In this document: positions 24,190-24,813 of the stretch, piece after piece | Layout of the letters: each line of letters starts with the position of its first letter | Position numbering within the stretch: the stretch's first letter is position 1 | DNA from: a virus | Lineage: Duplodnaviria; Caudoviricetes | IMG/VR virus record: IMGVR_UViG_3300016484_000453 | Span: 1 to 24,813 of that record | DNA: 24,813 nucleotides | Direction: 5' to 3' (one strand) | Position numbers and translations under genes: made by a program | The notes under the pieces: generated by a model | Seen by the model: only the letters and a program-made list of their open reading frames with translations | Database searches by the model: none | What the model was told of the DNA's origin: nothing

Positions 24190-24813
24190 TTATCTCAATT
24201 CTCTAACATCAAATGTACGTAAACCGTCTACACGGATATGTCCATAGAAGCGGTTGTTAACCATCTTCTTAGCATATCTCGTCATTATACCCTTAACTGG
24301 TACGAAGTTAAACGGGTTATACATTGTAGGTGTTAATTGTAGAGGTACATACGGAGCGTAGATGTAACCTGTATCTAACAATGATTTACCTTTGTGACCA
24401 ATCAAAATTGAATATGCTGGTGCGTAAGGGTCACGGTAGATAGTGTAACGTCCTTGTAAAGAACCTACTCTTTCGATACCCATGTTATACTGATCTTGTT
24501 CAGGAGATGCGTTAGATACGTGGAAGTATTCTAAATCGTCAAATACTGCAGATACTTCAGAAGAAACAACAACCCAGTTAGCTCCACCTCTCAATGTAGA
24601 TTTGTGGATTTGTGCTGAAATTTGGTTAACAGCAGTCATTAACGTTTGGTTCCACTCTTTTTGAGTATAAGCTGTAGATTGAGGAAGTCTTTTCCATCCG
24701 TTGTAATCCCAACGTAATTGCCATGCTGCACCTTTACGTAAGTCAATTAAAATTTCACGGTCAATTTCTGCTGCCACTTACTCAGATAATAAAGCTGTTA
24801 ATTCAGCTTCAGC
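24190..24813 (-). CDS. Major capsid protein, T4 gp23-like (C-terminal part; runs off window; in-frame TAA at 24778-24780)
   Basis: AEAELTALLSE*VAAEIDREIL, TLRGGANWVVVS, GRYTIYRDPY, GYIYAPYVPL, GIMTRYAKKMV are gp23-family hallmarks. Confidence 0.93.

Noticed and set aside
1-24813. Alternative genetic code (TAG or TAA to Gln, as in some large phages)
   Set aside because: Genes are full length under code 11 with high coding density; TAA ends most genes and TAG cleanly ends 8776-9555 and 16673-17812.

Overview
AT-rich, gene-dense fragment of a large T4-like (myovirus-type, probably jumbo) phage genome, standard genetic code, most likely infecting a Bacteroidota host (TTTG-N20-TAnnTTTG promoter at 20189-20220, no Shine-Dalgarno sites). 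From left to right: (1) a ~9.5 kb glycan cassette with GT7/GT2, GT11 and GT10 glycosyltransferases, a sugar O-methyltransferase, an epimerase, a UDP-galactopyranose-mutase-like flavoprotein and a Gmd + ColD-type + Fcl/ColC set that points to GDP-colitose/fucose synthesis; (2) PhoH, a degenerate HAD protein, GT4/GT2 and a gp55-like sigma factor; (3) a late structural block with a gp5/gpV-like baseplate spike; (4) small minus-strand genes with putative protease-cleaved leaders, one split by a frameshift, plus a three-module protein with repeated LNES-x-x-DDFxW linkers; (5) a free-standing zinc-finger/PD-(D/E)xK homing-endonuclease-like gene downstream of the 3' part of a gp23-type major capsid gene. 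Most striking observation: three 24-nt direct repeats in front of the endonuclease gene match a stretch of the neighbouring capsid gene (YNPFNFVP codons) mainly at non-wobble positions, suggesting operators that mimic the nuclease target site. The capsid frame also contains an in-frame TAA where Gln is expected. All calls are by eye from motifs; no database searches were run.
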